A stretch of DNA of 64,000 nucleotides from an uncultured Candidatus Rokubacteria bacterium (GTDB taxonomy: Bacteria; Methylomirabilota; Methylomirabilia; Rokubacteriales; DASRDR01). The stretch covers positions 448,001-512,000 of the forward strand of contig CAWGVS010000005.1 in the NCBI GenBank assembly GCA_963826115.1. The letters are read 5' to 3'. The position numbers were made by a program, and so were the translations under genes. How positions within the stretch are numbered: position 1 is the first letter of the stretch; every line of letters begins with the position of its first letter. Positions 40,008-49,585 of the stretch are shown piece by piece. The notes beneath the pieces were generated by a model that ran no database searches, was not told the origin of the DNA, and worked only from the letters and a program-made list of their open reading frames with translations.

Positions 40008-40484
40008 ATGGACACCACGCGTCGAATCCCGTCGCTCTCGGTCCTGTCCACCGCAGGGTTGCTGGCGATCACGCTCTGGACGAGCCCTGCCGGAGCACAG
40101 ACCCCGCCGGCGCCCGGGACGAATCCCGAGCCCGGCGCCACCGGCGGATCGCCGGGGGTAGGGGTCTCGGTCACCCCGCCGGCGGCCGCGCGTCCCTCGA
40201 GCTTCATCTTCGAGTGGTCTCTTCCGCCGGAGGAGAAGAGTCCCCCCAACGACTACGGGGAGCGGACCCGGACGATCTTCCAGCCGGCGTTCGTCAACGG
40301 TGCGTCGAGGACGACGCGGACCTCCCGGACGTCCGGGATCCGTTACGGCCTGAGCGGGTGGACCGCGCCGCGGATCCCGTTCGACGACCGTGATTCCAGC
40401 GGATTTCCGGCGATCGGACTCACCATCGAGTGGGGCGTCCCGATGGAGCCGCCGGCCGAGCCGGCCACACCCGGTCAGCGCTGA
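40008..40484 (+). CDS. Secreted hypothetical protein
   Basis: SD ggagg, signal peptide ending AGA-Q. Confidence 0.65.
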   Translation: MDTTRRIPSLSVLSTAGLLAITLWTSPAGAQTPPAPGTNPEPGATGGSPGVGVSVTPPAAARPSSFIFEWSLPPEEKSPPNDYGERTRTIFQPAFVNGASRTTRTSRTSGIRYGLSGWTAPRIPFDDRDSSGFPAIGLTIEWGVPMEPPAEPATPGQR

Positions 40485-40496
40485 CCGCGGTCGCGG

Positions 40497-40739
40497 TCAG
40501 CCCTTGGCGAGCTTCTCGACCTCCCGCTTGGGGAGGGGCTCGATGCGCGCCAGGAGCAGCTTCACTCGGCGCTCGGAGGTGTGATCGGCGAGGATCAGCC
40601 GTCTAGACTTCGTGCCATTGGCGATGAAGGCCACCCAGTCGTCCAGGTTGGGCGTGCCTCGCCACTGAATGACCAGGCCGCTCGCCTTGAGCTTCTTTCG
40701 CCCTTCGACCTTCGCCAGGGGCTTTCGCGGAACGTCCAT
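40497..40739 (-). CDS. Small basic hypothetical protein
   Basis: SD ggagg; 80 aa, Lys/Arg-rich, non-shadow composition. Confidence 0.7.
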   Translation of the reverse strand: MDVPRKPLAKVEGRKKLKASGLVIQWRGTPNLDDWVAFIANGTKSRRLILADHTSERRVKLLLARIEPLPKREVEKLAKG

Positions 40740-41045
40740 GCGCGCCTCCGGACCTCGAATCTAGCAAATGAAAGAATGCGTACCGTCCAGTGAATGTCCC
40801 CCACAATCGTCGCGCGTCGTATCCGTGTCAAGGGTTTGTTTCGCCAATGCTCATGCGCTCACGCGTTGACGGATCGTTCGAGCTCGGGTATTCATCGGTC
40901 GATCGGAGACCTCGGTCTCTCGCGCATCGATCTGTCGCGGCTGTCGGCGCTGCCGGTAGCGTGGAGCCGCGCCAGACGCGGCGGTTTCCCATCGGTGGAT
41001 GACGGTGGATAAGTGGATAACTGCGCGCGCCGGGGGGAGGATCGC

Positions 41046-41670
41046 TCAGGCGCCGGCGCAACCGTCGGCGCCGACCGATCGGAGGAGCAGCGCCGACAAC
41101 GTGGGCGCAGCGTCGGCGAGCGCGGGCAGCACGCCCTCGAGCGACTCCAAGACGACCTCGTTCAGCGCCCCCAGCCACGCATGGGCGGCGACCCCGGTGT
41201 CGACCGGCGGGATGCTGCCGTCGGCGACCGCCTCGCCGAGGCGGTGGCGGATCAGCGCGGCGAACCGGCCGAGCACCTCGCGGCGCTTCGTCGCGTAGAC
41301 GGGTCCCAGGCTGGCCGCCTCGATGAGCACGATACGTGCGAGCGCGCGGTGGCGACCGAAGATGGGTAGCACGGCGGCCTCGCCGCGCGGCACGCCGGCC
41401 CGATGGCCCGCGATCGGCGCCGACACCTCTGCGGCCAGCTCGGCCGCGAACTCGTCGACCAGCGCCGAAAAGAGCGGAAGCTTCCCGGGGAAGTGGAAGT
41501 AGAGCGCCCCGTTGGACACGCCGGTGGCGTCGGCAATCGCGTCCATGCGCGCCGCGTGGTACCCTTCGCGGGCGAAGACCTCCAGGGCGGCCGAGCGGAC
41601 CCGCCGCCCCCGTGCCGGTCTTCGTCTCGTCCCGCCGCGATGGGCGCCGCCCGACCTCGCGGCCGCTCAC
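41046..41670 (-). CDS. TetR family regulator (apparent +1 frameshift at 41607-41611)
   Basis: AALEVFAREGYHAARMDAIADATGVSNGALYFHF HTH; that frame has no start unless one G of the GGGGG run is removed. Confidence 0.78.
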
Positions 41671-41726
41671 GGCCCACCCCCCGGCCGGCTCCGCGGACGA
41701 GCGACCCGGGGGCCAGGGAGGCGCGG

Positions 41727-42557
41727 ATGACCCAGGTGGTGCGCATCGGCCACAGCCCGGACGCCGACGACGCGTTCATGTTCTACGCCATGACCCACGG
41801 CAAGGTCACGATACCCGGTGTCCGGATCGAGCACGTGCTCGAGGACATCGAGTCGCTCAATCGCCGCGCGGCCTCGACGGAGCTCGAGGTCACGGCGGTG
41901 TCGTGCGCCACCTACCCGAGCATCGCCGACCGCTACCGCCTGATGGACCCCGGTGCGTCGATGGGGAAGGGCTATGGCCCGATCGTGGTGGCTCGGGAGC
42001 CCCTCGCCCCCGAGGCGCTGGGAGATCGGGTCATCGCCATCCCGGGGTACGGGACGACGGCGTACCTCCTGCTCCGGCTCGCGCTCGGCGACCCCACCGT
42101 GATCGTGGTGGCCTTCGACCAGATCCCGCGGGTGGTGGCCGAGGGCCAGGCCGATGCCGGGCTCCTGATCCACGAGGGGCAGATCACGTACGGCGCGATG
42201 GGTCTCCACAAGGTGCTCGACATGGGCGAGCTGTGGACCAAGCGCACGGGGCTGCCGCTCCCGCTCGGCGTCAACGTGACGCGGCGGGACCTTGGCGAGG
42301 CGATGGCGTCGAGCCTGTCCGAGGCGCTCCGGGCCTCGATCCGCTACGCGCACGCCCACCCCGACGAGGCCGTGGGGTACGCGCTTCGCTACGGGCGGGG
42401 GATCGACGCGGAGACGTGCACGCGCTTCGTGCACATGTACGTCAACGACTTCACGGTGGCATTGGGCGCGGAGGGTCGCCGCGCGCTGGAGACGCTGTAC
42501 CGGGAGGCGGTCGAGGCGCGGCTCCTCGACCGGATGCCCCCGCTCGACCCGCTCTAG
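41727..42557 (+). CDS. mqnD: 1,4-dihydroxy-6-naphthoate synthase (MqnA/MqnD family)
   Basis: GHSPDADDAFMF, GYGP, TTA.LL, IHEGQ, LPLPLG, MYVN. Confidence 0.9.
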   Translation: MTQVVRIGHSPDADDAFMFYAMTHGKVTIPGVRIEHVLEDIESLNRRAASTELEVTAVSCATYPSIADRYRLMDPGASMGKGYGPIVVAREPLAPEALGDRVIAIPGYGTTAYLLLRLALGDPTVIVVAFDQIPRVVAEGQADAGLLIHEGQITYGAMGLHKVLDMGELWTKRTGLPLPLGVNVTRRDLGEAMASSLSEALRASIRYAHAHPDEAVGYALRYGRGIDAETCTRFVHMYVNDFTVALGAEGRRALETLYREAVEARLLDRMPPLDPL

Positions 42558-42593
42558 GGGCGCGACGCCCGGGACGTCCCGCGCGGGGCCGTC

Positions 42594-43682
42594 CTAGAAC
42601 GCCTTGACCCGCTCGTAGAGCGTGGTCCGCTGGACGGGCCGGTACCCGGCGTCCCGGATCAGGGCCACGATCTCGTCGACCGCGATCTTGTTCACGTAGT
42701 CCGCCGCCCGGTGGACGTTCTCCTCGAAGAGCGTGCCGCCCCAGTCGTCGGCGCCGAAGTGGAGGGCGATCTGCCCGGCCCGCTTCCCCTCCGAGAACCA
42801 GGACGCCTGCACGTGGGGCACGTTGTCCAGGTAGCAGCGGGACACGGCCAGCATCCGGCAGTAGACGTTCGGCCCTGCGTAGTGCTTGATCCACTTCTCG
42901 AGGAGCGTGTTGCCCGGCTTGAACGACCACGGCACGAACGCCGTGAACCCCCCGGTCTCTTCCTGGAGGTCGCGCACGGCGTCCAGGTGGTCCAGGATGT
43001 CCTCCGGTCCCTCGACGTGGCCGTACATCATCGTGGCGGTGGAGCGGAACCCACGCCGGTGGGCCTCGCGGTGGACCTCGAGCCAGGCCTTCGGGCCGCC
43101 CTTCTTCGGGGCGATGCGAAGGCGGACCCGCTCGGACAGGACCTCGGCGCCGCCGCCGGGCAGGGTCCGCTGCCCGGCCTCGTGGAGACGCGCGAGCACG
43201 TCCCCGATCGGCAGCGCGGAGACCTTCGCCATGGTCTGGATCTCCGACGCCGTGAAGAAGTGGGGCAGCACGTCGGGGAAGCGCCGGCGGGTCTCGCGGA
43301 CGAGATCCAGGTAGTACTCGAGGGGCAAGGACGGATTGTGCCCGCCTTGCAGGAGCACCGTGGTCGCCCCCCGCTCGACGGCCCCCGCGATCTTGGCCAT
43401 CACCTCGTCGACCGTGAGGGTGTAGGCCTCGGGGTCACCCGGCTTCCGGTAGAAGGCGCAGAACTGACAGTCGGTCACGCACACGTTCGTGTAGTTCGGG
43501 TTCGTGTCGATGGCGAACGTGACCTCGCCGCCCGGATGGAGGCGTCGGCGCACGACGTCCCCGAGCTGCCCGACCTCGAGGAGCGGGGCCTCGGTCAGGA
43601 GCCAGCGGCCCTCGTCGCGGGTCAGGCGCTCCGACCCGTCGATCTTCGCCCGGACCGTGTCCAGCACGCCGTTGCCCATCAT
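42594..43682 (-). CDS. mqnC: Cyclic dehypoxanthine futalosine synthase (radical SAM)
   Basis: NYTNVCVTDCQFC, LLQGGHNP, PGGGAE, TATMMYG, ASW, EENV. Confidence 0.92.
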   Translation of the reverse strand: MMGNGVLDTVRAKIDGSERLTRDEGRWLLTEAPLLEVGQLGDVVRRRLHPGGEVTFAIDTNPNYTNVCVTDCQFCAFYRKPGDPEAYTLTVDEVMAKIAGAVERGATTVLLQGGHNPSLPLEYYLDLVRETRRRFPDVLPHFFTASEIQTMAKVSALPIGDVLARLHEAGQRTLPGGGAEVLSERVRLRIAPKKGGPKAWLEVHREAHRRGFRSTATMMYGHVEGPEDILDHLDAVRDLQEETGGFTAFVPWSFKPGNTLLEKWIKHYAGPNVYCRMLAVSRCYLDNVPHVQASWFSEGKRAGQIALHFGADDWGGTLFEENVHRAADYVNKIAVDEIVALIRDAGYRPVQRTTLYERVKAF

Positions 43683-43686
43683 CGGC

Positions 43687-44424
43687 TCACTCTCCGAGGA
43701 GGGCCAGGAGCCGGCGGTACTCCGCCACGGCCTTGTCGTCGTCGGGCTCGATGCGGTACCGGAAGCTCTCGAGGTAGGTGACGATGTCCCTCTCGGGGAG
43801 CCCGATGTCCCGCCGGCGCGCGGCGATCGCCGGGAGGCTCGCGAGCCCCGTCCGGAGGGCGTCCGACAGCGCGGACTCGAGGCCCGCGCGTGCCCCCACC
43901 GGCGCGTCGCGGCGGACGGCCCACGCCGCGAACACCATCGGGTAGCCTGTCCACGCCGTCCACTCCTCGCCGAGGTCGTAGCAGAACGGCCGGGGCCACG
44001 GTCCCGCGCGGAGGCGCAAGGCGGCGTCTCCGATCAGGAGGGCCGCGTCCGCCGGGTCGTCGAGGCCGACGAGGATCGGCGCCGGCACCTCGTGCCGGAA
44101 GGCCAGCAGCATGCGGAGGAGCCGCACGGACGTCGAGGTCTCGCCGGTGACCGCGATCCGGCGCCCGCCGAGCTCGCCGATCGGGCGGTCGGAGAAGAGG
44201 AGGACGCTCTGGGCCCGCTCGGGGCCCACGATGCCGAACGGGAGGCGCGTCACCGTCCGCTCGAGCCTCAAGCAGTCGGCGAGGGCCAGCGGCCCGGCGT
44301 CGATCCGGCCGGCCACCACGGCCTCGCCGAGGGCCCGGGGCGGGAGCGACTCCGCGATGGGCCAGGGGAACGCGTGGAAGAACGGCTCCACGTTCAGATA
44401 GGAGATCCGGCCGACCCGCAGCAT
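43687..44424 (-). CDS. mqnA: Chorismate dehydratase
   Basis: GRISYLN, SVLL, TSTS..L, LLIGD.AL, DLGEEW..WTG.PMVFA.W. Confidence 0.9.
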   Translation of the reverse strand: MLRVGRISYLNVEPFFHAFPWPIAESLPPRALGEAVVAGRIDAGPLALADCLRLERTVTRLPFGIVGPERAQSVLLFSDRPIGELGGRRIAVTGETSTSVRLLRMLLAFRHEVPAPILVGLDDPADAALLIGDAALRLRAGPWPRPFCYDLGEEWTAWTGYPMVFAAWAVRRDAPVGARAGLESALSDALRTGLASLPAIAARRRDIGLPERDIVTYLESFRYRIEPDDDKAVAEYRRLLALLGE

Positions 44425-45524
44425 CAGTTCCACACCTTGATCACGTTGTAGAGCGCGTCGCGCTCCACCGGCACTCGGCCCGCGTCCCGAACCATCCGCA
44501 GGATCTGCTCGCGCGCGAGCCCCGCCGGGCTCTCCGCTCGCGCGGCGTGAGCGATGCGCTCGTCGACGAGGGTGCCGTTCACGTCGTCGGCGCCGAAGTT
44601 CAGCGCGATCGAGGCCGCCTCCTCGCCCATCATGACCCAGTACGCCTCGACGTGCGGGAAGTTGTCGAGGACGAGCCGCGACGTCGCGACCACGCGGAGC
44701 GCCTCGACCGCCGAGGCCTGACGGGGGACCAGCTTCGTGTCGCCGACCTGGTACAGGAGGGGAATGAAGGTCAGGAAGCCTCCGGTCTCGTCCTGGAGCT
44801 CCCGCAGGCGCAGCATGTGCCCGACCCGCTCGGCGTAGGTCTCGATGTGGCCGTAGAGCATGGTGGCGTTCGAGCGGATGCCGAGGCCGTGGGCGATGCG
44901 GTGGATCTCGAGCCACCGGTCGGCGCCGGCCTTTCCCATGAAGCGGAGGGCCTTCTGGAGCCGCGCCGAGAAGATCTCGGCGCCGCCGCCCGGCATCGTG
45001 TGGAGCCCCGCGGCCTTCAGCCGGGTGAGGGCCTCGAGGGGCTCGATCTTCCAGCGCCGCCACAGGTAGTCGATCTCCGCCGCCGTGAAGGCCTTGATCT
45101 GAGCCTCGGGGCGCGTGGCGTGGATGGTCTGGACCAGTCGCTCGTAGTACTCGAACGGCCAGTCGGGGTGGTGGCCGCCCACGATGTGCACCTCGCGGAC
45201 GTCGTCCTCGATCATGGCCACGATGTCCTCGATCGAGTGCTCGAACGCGCCCTCGTCGCCCTTCTTCTTGGCGAAGTCGCAGAACGAGCAGGAGAGGACG
45301 CAGAGGTTGGTCGGGTTCACGTACCGGTTGATGACGAAGAAGACCCAGTCCCCGGACTTCTGGCGCTTGACGTGATCCGCCATCCGCCCGAGCCCGAGGA
45401 GGTCGTCGGTCTCGAGGCACGCGAGGCCGTCCGCGGCGTCCAGGCGCTCCCCGGCCTGAACCTTCTCCCACACCGGACGCAGTCTCGCGTCCGAGACGCG
45501 AAGGTCGTCGACGACGCTGCCCAT
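44424..45524 (-). CDS. mqnE: Aminofutalosine synthase (radical SAM)
   Basis: NPTNLCVLSCSFC, EVHIVGG, PGGGAEIF, NATMLYGHIE, AYWVM, ERI.H.A. Confidence 0.93.
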   Translation of the reverse strand: MGSVVDDLRVSDARLRPVWEKVQAGERLDAADGLACLETDDLLGLGRMADHVKRQKSGDWVFFVINRYVNPTNLCVLSCSFCDFAKKKGDEGAFEHSIEDIVAMIEDDVREVHIVGGHHPDWPFEYYERLVQTIHATRPEAQIKAFTAAEIDYLWRRWKIEPLEALTRLKAAGLHTMPGGGAEIFSARLQKALRFMGKAGADRWLEIHRIAHGLGIRSNATMLYGHIETYAERVGHMLRLRELQDETGGFLTFIPLLYQVGDTKLVPRQASAVEALRVVATSRLVLDNFPHVEAYWVMMGEEAASIALNFGADDVNGTLVDERIAHAARAESPAGLAREQILRMVRDAGRVPVERDALYNVIKVWN

Positions 45525-45662
45525 GCCCGCCTCCCCGAGACTCGCGGCCGCGCTTCCGCGGCCAAAACCGGCCGGTCGGTCGGTCAGATTCTAACATTCG
45601 CCGTGATATAGTGCGGGACGTTCGCCGGAAGAACGCCGACAGCCTCGGGGAGGACGACGCTG

Positions 45663-46115
45663 ATGTCGGAGCCGAATCGCCAGTACTTCGAGGACATCGA
45701 GGTGGGTGACGAGTACCTGTCGCCCGGCCGCACCATCACCGAGGCCGACATCGTCGCGTTCGCCGGGCTGTCGGGCGACTACAACGTCCTCCACACCGAC
45801 GCCGAGTTCATGAAGACCTCGATCTTCGGCGAGCGCATCGCCCACGGTCTCCTCGGGCTGTCCATCTCGTCCGGCCTCGGCACGCGGGCCGTGCCCCGTC
45901 CCTTCGCCACGATGGCCTTCCTCGGACTCCGCTGGCGGTTCAAGGGGCCGATCAAGATCGGCGACACCATCAAAGTCCGCATGAAGGTGACCGCGAAGAA
46001 GGAGACGTCGAAGCCCGACCGCGGGATCGTGACCGTCCAGCGCGCCGTTCTCAACCAGCGGGGCGAGATCGTGCAGGAGGGCGACACCGAGCTCATGATC
46101 GAGCGCCGGAAGTAG
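45663..46115 (+). CDS. MaoC-family (R)-hydratase
   Basis: YFED, RTITEAD, SGDYNVLH, RIAHG, F.GP..IGDT. Confidence 0.9.
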   Translation: MSEPNRQYFEDIEVGDEYLSPGRTITEADIVAFAGLSGDYNVLHTDAEFMKTSIFGERIAHGLLGLSISSGLGTRAVPRPFATMAFLGLRWRFKGPIKIGDTIKVRMKVTAKKETSKPDRGIVTVQRAVLNQRGEIVQEGDTELMIERRK

Positions 46116-46124
46116 CCGGGCCGG

Positions 46125-46553
46125 ATGCCCCGCTACTTCGAGGACCTCGAGGTGGGCGACGGGTTCGAGACCCCGGGCCGCACCATCACCGAGGCGGACG
46201 TCGTCAGCTACGCCGCGATCTCCGGCGAGCAGGAAGTCCTCGACTTCTCCCTTCGGGAATCTGACGGCCGGCCGGTGGTCCCCGAGCTCCTGATCATGGT
46301 CATGAGCTCGGGGCTCGGGTTCCGGGCGCCCGCCGAGACCCCTCAGGTGCTGGCCTTCATGGTGTTCGACCTGCACATCCTCCGCCCGGTACACGTGGGG
46401 GACACCATCCGGTGCCGCGTCCGGGTGGCCGGGAAGCGCCCGATGAAAGAGGCCGGGGTCGTCGTCGAACAGCGGCAGATGGTGAACCAGCTGGGCGACG
46501 TGGTGCAGGAGTCGGAGTACAAGCTCCTGGTGGCGCGCCGGCCGCCGGAGTGA
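46125..46553 (+). CDS. MaoC-family paralogue lacking catalytic Asp/His
   Basis: YFED, RTITEAD, PV.VGDT retained; SGEQEVLD replaces SGDYNVLH. Confidence 0.8.
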   Translation: MPRYFEDLEVGDGFETPGRTITEADVVSYAAISGEQEVLDFSLRESDGRPVVPELLIMVMSSGLGFRAPAETPQVLAFMVFDLHILRPVHVGDTIRCRVRVAGKRPMKEAGVVVEQRQMVNQLGDVVQESEYKLLVARRPPE

Positions 46554-46560
46554 GGGCCGG

Positions 46561-47349
46561 GTGACTCGCTCGCCGCGCTGGCGGGGCCTGCTGTACCGGC
46601 TCTACGCCCGGCGGCTCGAGGCCGAGGTGGGCCGGGGCCCCACCCCCCAGCACGTCGGCATCATCCTCGACGGGAACCGGCGGTGGGCCCGCGCGCAGGG
46701 TCGGGCCCCCGTGGACGCGTACCGGATGGGCGCGGCCAAGCTCGACGAGGTCCTGGCGTGGTGCGTCGACCTCGGCATCCCCGCGGTGACCCTGTGGGCG
46801 TGCTCCACCGAGAACCTCGGGCGCGACCCGGAGGAGCTGCGCGGGCTGCTCTCGGTGATCGAGAACAAGCTGAACGCCCTCGCTGGGGACCCGCGCATCC
46901 ACCGCCGCCGGATCCGGGTCCGCGCCGTCGGCAAGCTCGACCTCTTGCCCGACACGACGCTCGCCGCGATCCGGCGGGCCGAGCAGGCGACGGAAGGCTA
47001 CGCCGACGCCGTGCTCACTTTCGCGCTCGCCTACGGCGGCCGGCAGGAGATCGTGGACGCCCTCCAGCGCCTGGTACGCGACCGCGCCAAGCAGGGAGGG
47101 ACCCTCGACGAGATCGTCGACGCCGTGACGCAGGAGGAGATCGCCCGCTACCTGTACGCGCCCGATCTCCCGGATCCCGACCTGATCATCCGCACGTCAG
47201 GCGAAGTGCGGCTCTCGGGCTTCCTCCTGTGGCAGAGCGCGTACAGCGAGTTCTATTTCTGCGACGTCCACTGGCCGGCGTTCCGGAAGATCGACTTTCT
47301 GCGGGCGCTCCGGAGCTACCAGCAGCGCGACCGGCGCTTCGGCGCGTGA
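46561..47349 (+). CDS. uppS: cis-prenyltransferase (UppS family)
   Basis: HVGIILDGNRRWA, STEN, YGGRQEI, DLIIRTSGEVRLSGFLLWQ, RRFG. Confidence 0.9.
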   Translation: MTRSPRWRGLLYRLYARRLEAEVGRGPTPQHVGIILDGNRRWARAQGRAPVDAYRMGAAKLDEVLAWCVDLGIPAVTLWACSTENLGRDPEELRGLLSVIENKLNALAGDPRIHRRRIRVRAVGKLDLLPDTTLAAIRRAEQATEGYADAVLTFALAYGGRQEIVDALQRLVRDRAKQGGTLDEIVDAVTQEEIARYLYAPDLPDPDLIIRTSGEVRLSGFLLWQSAYSEFYFCDVHWPAFRKIDFLRALRSYQQRDRRFGA

Positions 47350-48494
47350 GCGGGGAGGGCGCGGCCGGGCCCGACCGTCCCCGGATCCTCATCCTGTCCG
47401 CCCCCTACGGCGCCGGTCACCTCCGGGCCGCCGAGGCCCTGGCTCAGGCTCTCCGCGACGAGGGGGCGCGGGTCGAGGTCCTGGATCATTTCGTCAGTTT
47501 CGTGTCGCCCGCCTTCGTGCGCGCCTCGCTCGCCATGTTCTGGGGCGTCTTGCGTGTCGCGCCGCGGTTGTGGGGGCTGGCCTACGAGTTCTCGGCGCGG
47601 ATCGGCCCGCGCTCGCCGGCCATGGCGGGGATGGACCGGCTCGGCGCCGCGGGCCTCCTGCGTCACCTCGAGCGCGAGCGGCCGGATGCGGTGGTGCATC
47701 TGCACCCGACGCCCGCCGGCGCGATGGTGTGGCTGCGCGCGCGGGGCGCGACCGCGGTGCCGCACGGGATCGTGTTCACGGACTTCGCCGCGCACCCCCA
47801 GTGGATCCACCCCGGCCTGGAGCGCTACTTCGTGCCGAGCGAGGCCGTGCGCACGGGCGTCGTGGCGCAGGGGATCCCGCCCGATCGGGTCGTCGCCAGC
47901 GGGTTGCCGGTCGACTCGGCCTTCGCGACGCCGCCCGACCGGCCCGCGCTTCGCGCGGCGCTGGGGGTGCCGGCCGACGTGCCGCTCGTGCTCGTCACCG
48001 GCGGCATGCGCGGCATCCTTCGGGGAGTGAGGGAGGCGTGCGAGGCGCTGGCGGCCCTCGAGCGACCGTTCCTCGCCGTCGCGGTTTGCGGGAACCACCG
48101 TCGCCTCGAGGCGCGGCTTCGGCGGAGGTACGCCGGAGATCCGCGGTTCCGGATCCTGGGTCGGGTGGCCGACATGGCGCGGGTGATGGGGGCGGCCGAC
48201 CTCGTCGTCACGAAGGCGGGCGCGATGACGTGCGTCGAGGCGCTCGCCCTCGGCCGCCCGCTGCTGCTCCACCGGTCGCTCCCGGGCCAGGAGCAGGCCA
48301 ACGAGGCCGGCCTGGTGGCGGCGGGCGCGGCGCTCCGGGCGCGCAACGGGCGAGAGCTCGGACGCCTGCTGGACGCGCTCCTCGGCGAGCCCGACCTCCG
48401 TGCGACGCTGGCGGCGACGGGCCGGAGTCTCCGACGGCCGGACGCGGGTCGCACCGTGGCGAAGGAGATGCTCGGCCTCCTGGGGCGGGGATGA
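47346..48494 (+). CDS. MGDG synthase/UgtP-like glycosyltransferase (GT28)
   Basis: YGAGH..AA.AL, TDF..H..W, SGLPV, TKAG, PGQE..N. Confidence 0.88.
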   Translation: MSGEGAAGPDRPRILILSAPYGAGHLRAAEALAQALRDEGARVEVLDHFVSFVSPAFVRASLAMFWGVLRVAPRLWGLAYEFSARIGPRSPAMAGMDRLGAAGLLRHLERERPDAVVHLHPTPAGAMVWLRARGATAVPHGIVFTDFAAHPQWIHPGLERYFVPSEAVRTGVVAQGIPPDRVVASGLPVDSAFATPPDRPALRAALGVPADVPLVLVTGGMRGILRGVREACEALAALERPFLAVAVCGNHRRLEARLRRRYAGDPRFRILGRVADMARVMGAADLVVTKAGAMTCVEALALGRPLLLHRSLPGQEQANEAGLVAAGAALRARNGRELGRLLDALLGEPDLRATLAATGRSLRRPDAGRTVAKEMLGLLGRG

Positions 48495-49198
48495 CGGCGC
48501 GCGCGGGGTGGTGGGTGGCCGGCGCGGGCGCCGCTGCGTGGGTCGCCTACGCGTGGGGCGCGCAATGCGCGCTCCCGGCGCTCGCGTGGAGGCGTGGGCG
48601 GCCGGGGCGCCGCCGGGTGGCCCTCACGTTCGACGACGGCCCGGAGCCGGAGGCGACGCCCCGACTCCTCCGCCTCCTCGCCGCGCGCGGCGTGCGGGCC
48701 ACGTTCTTCCTGATCGGTGAGCGTGCCGCCCGGCACCCCGAGGTGGTGAGGGAGATCGCGACGGCGGGCCACGAGATCGGGAATCACACGTGGCGGCATC
48801 GCAACGCCTGGTTCCTGCCCCCGGCTGCCGTGGACCGGGAGATCACCGAGGGCGCGCGCATTCTGGGCGACATCGTCGGGACCGCGCCGCGCCTCTTCCG
48901 GCCGCCCTGGGGCATCGTCAACGCGGCCGGGCTCAGGACCGCGCGGCGGCTCGGGCTGGTGACCGTCCTCTGGTCCGTCCAGCACGAGGGGCTCCGGCCC
49001 CGATCGCCCGTCGCCCAGCTCCGCCACCTCGCCGGCCGTTTGTCGGACGGCGCGATCGTCGACCTCCACGACGCGCCGGGCTTGCCCGGCGCTCCGGAGC
49101 GCCTCCTCGCGACGATGCCGGGTCTCCTCGACGCCGTGGAGGAGCGCGGGCTCACCGCGGTGCCTGTCGGCCAGCTGCTCGACCTGCCTGCCGCCTAG
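48491..49198 (+). CDS. Membrane-anchored polysaccharide deacetylase (NodB/CE4)
   Basis: LTFDDGP, HEIGNHTW.H, FRPPWG, DLHD. Confidence 0.9.
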   Translation: MTARAGWWVAGAGAAAWVAYAWGAQCALPALAWRRGRPGRRRVALTFDDGPEPEATPRLLRLLAARGVRATFFLIGERAARHPEVVREIATAGHEIGNHTWRHRNAWFLPPAAVDREITEGARILGDIVGTAPRLFRPPWGIVNAAGLRTARRLGLVTVLWSVQHEGLRPRSPVAQLRHLAGRLSDGAIVDLHDAPGLPGAPERLLATMPGLLDAVEERGLTAVPVGQLLDLPAA

Positions 49199-49285
49199 GG
49201 CGCACCCGGCGCGCTCGCCGCGAAAAATCTTGGGCCGCTCCCGGCCCGCGCCGTACTCTGGCCGTGAGTAATCCAACTCACGGAG

Positions 49286-49585
49286 GTGTTCTCGATGGGA
49301 CGTCGATTCACGGTGGTGGCGGTCACGATCTTCCTGGGAGCGGGTGTGGCGTCGGCGCAGAGCCAGCCGCCGCGGAATCCCCCGGACTCGCCGTACACCG
49401 ACACGGTGTACACGTCCGACCAGCACATGGCGTTCTCGATCCGGACCAACATCATCCAGTGGTTCGGGGGTGTCGACGTCGCCCGCGAACAGGACAAGAA
49501 GATCTCCGAGAAGCAGGGTTGGTGGGGCGACCCCATCGCCCAGGTTTCCCCGGAGCTCGCGAAGCCGCCGATGTCCGACCGCTAG
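49286..49585 (+). CDS. Small secreted hypothetical protein
   Basis: Signal peptide (ASA-Q); SD ggagg favours start at the ATG about 49295. Confidence 0.65.
   Translation: MFSMGRRFTVVAVTIFLGAGVASAQSQPPRNPPDSPYTDTVYTSDQHMAFSIRTNIIQWFGGVDVAREQDKKISEKQGWWGDPIAQVSPELAKPPMSDR

Noticed and set aside
41727-45524. Futalosine pathway lacking mqnB in the cluster
   Set aside because: mqnB/MTAN is commonly encoded elsewhere; known pathway
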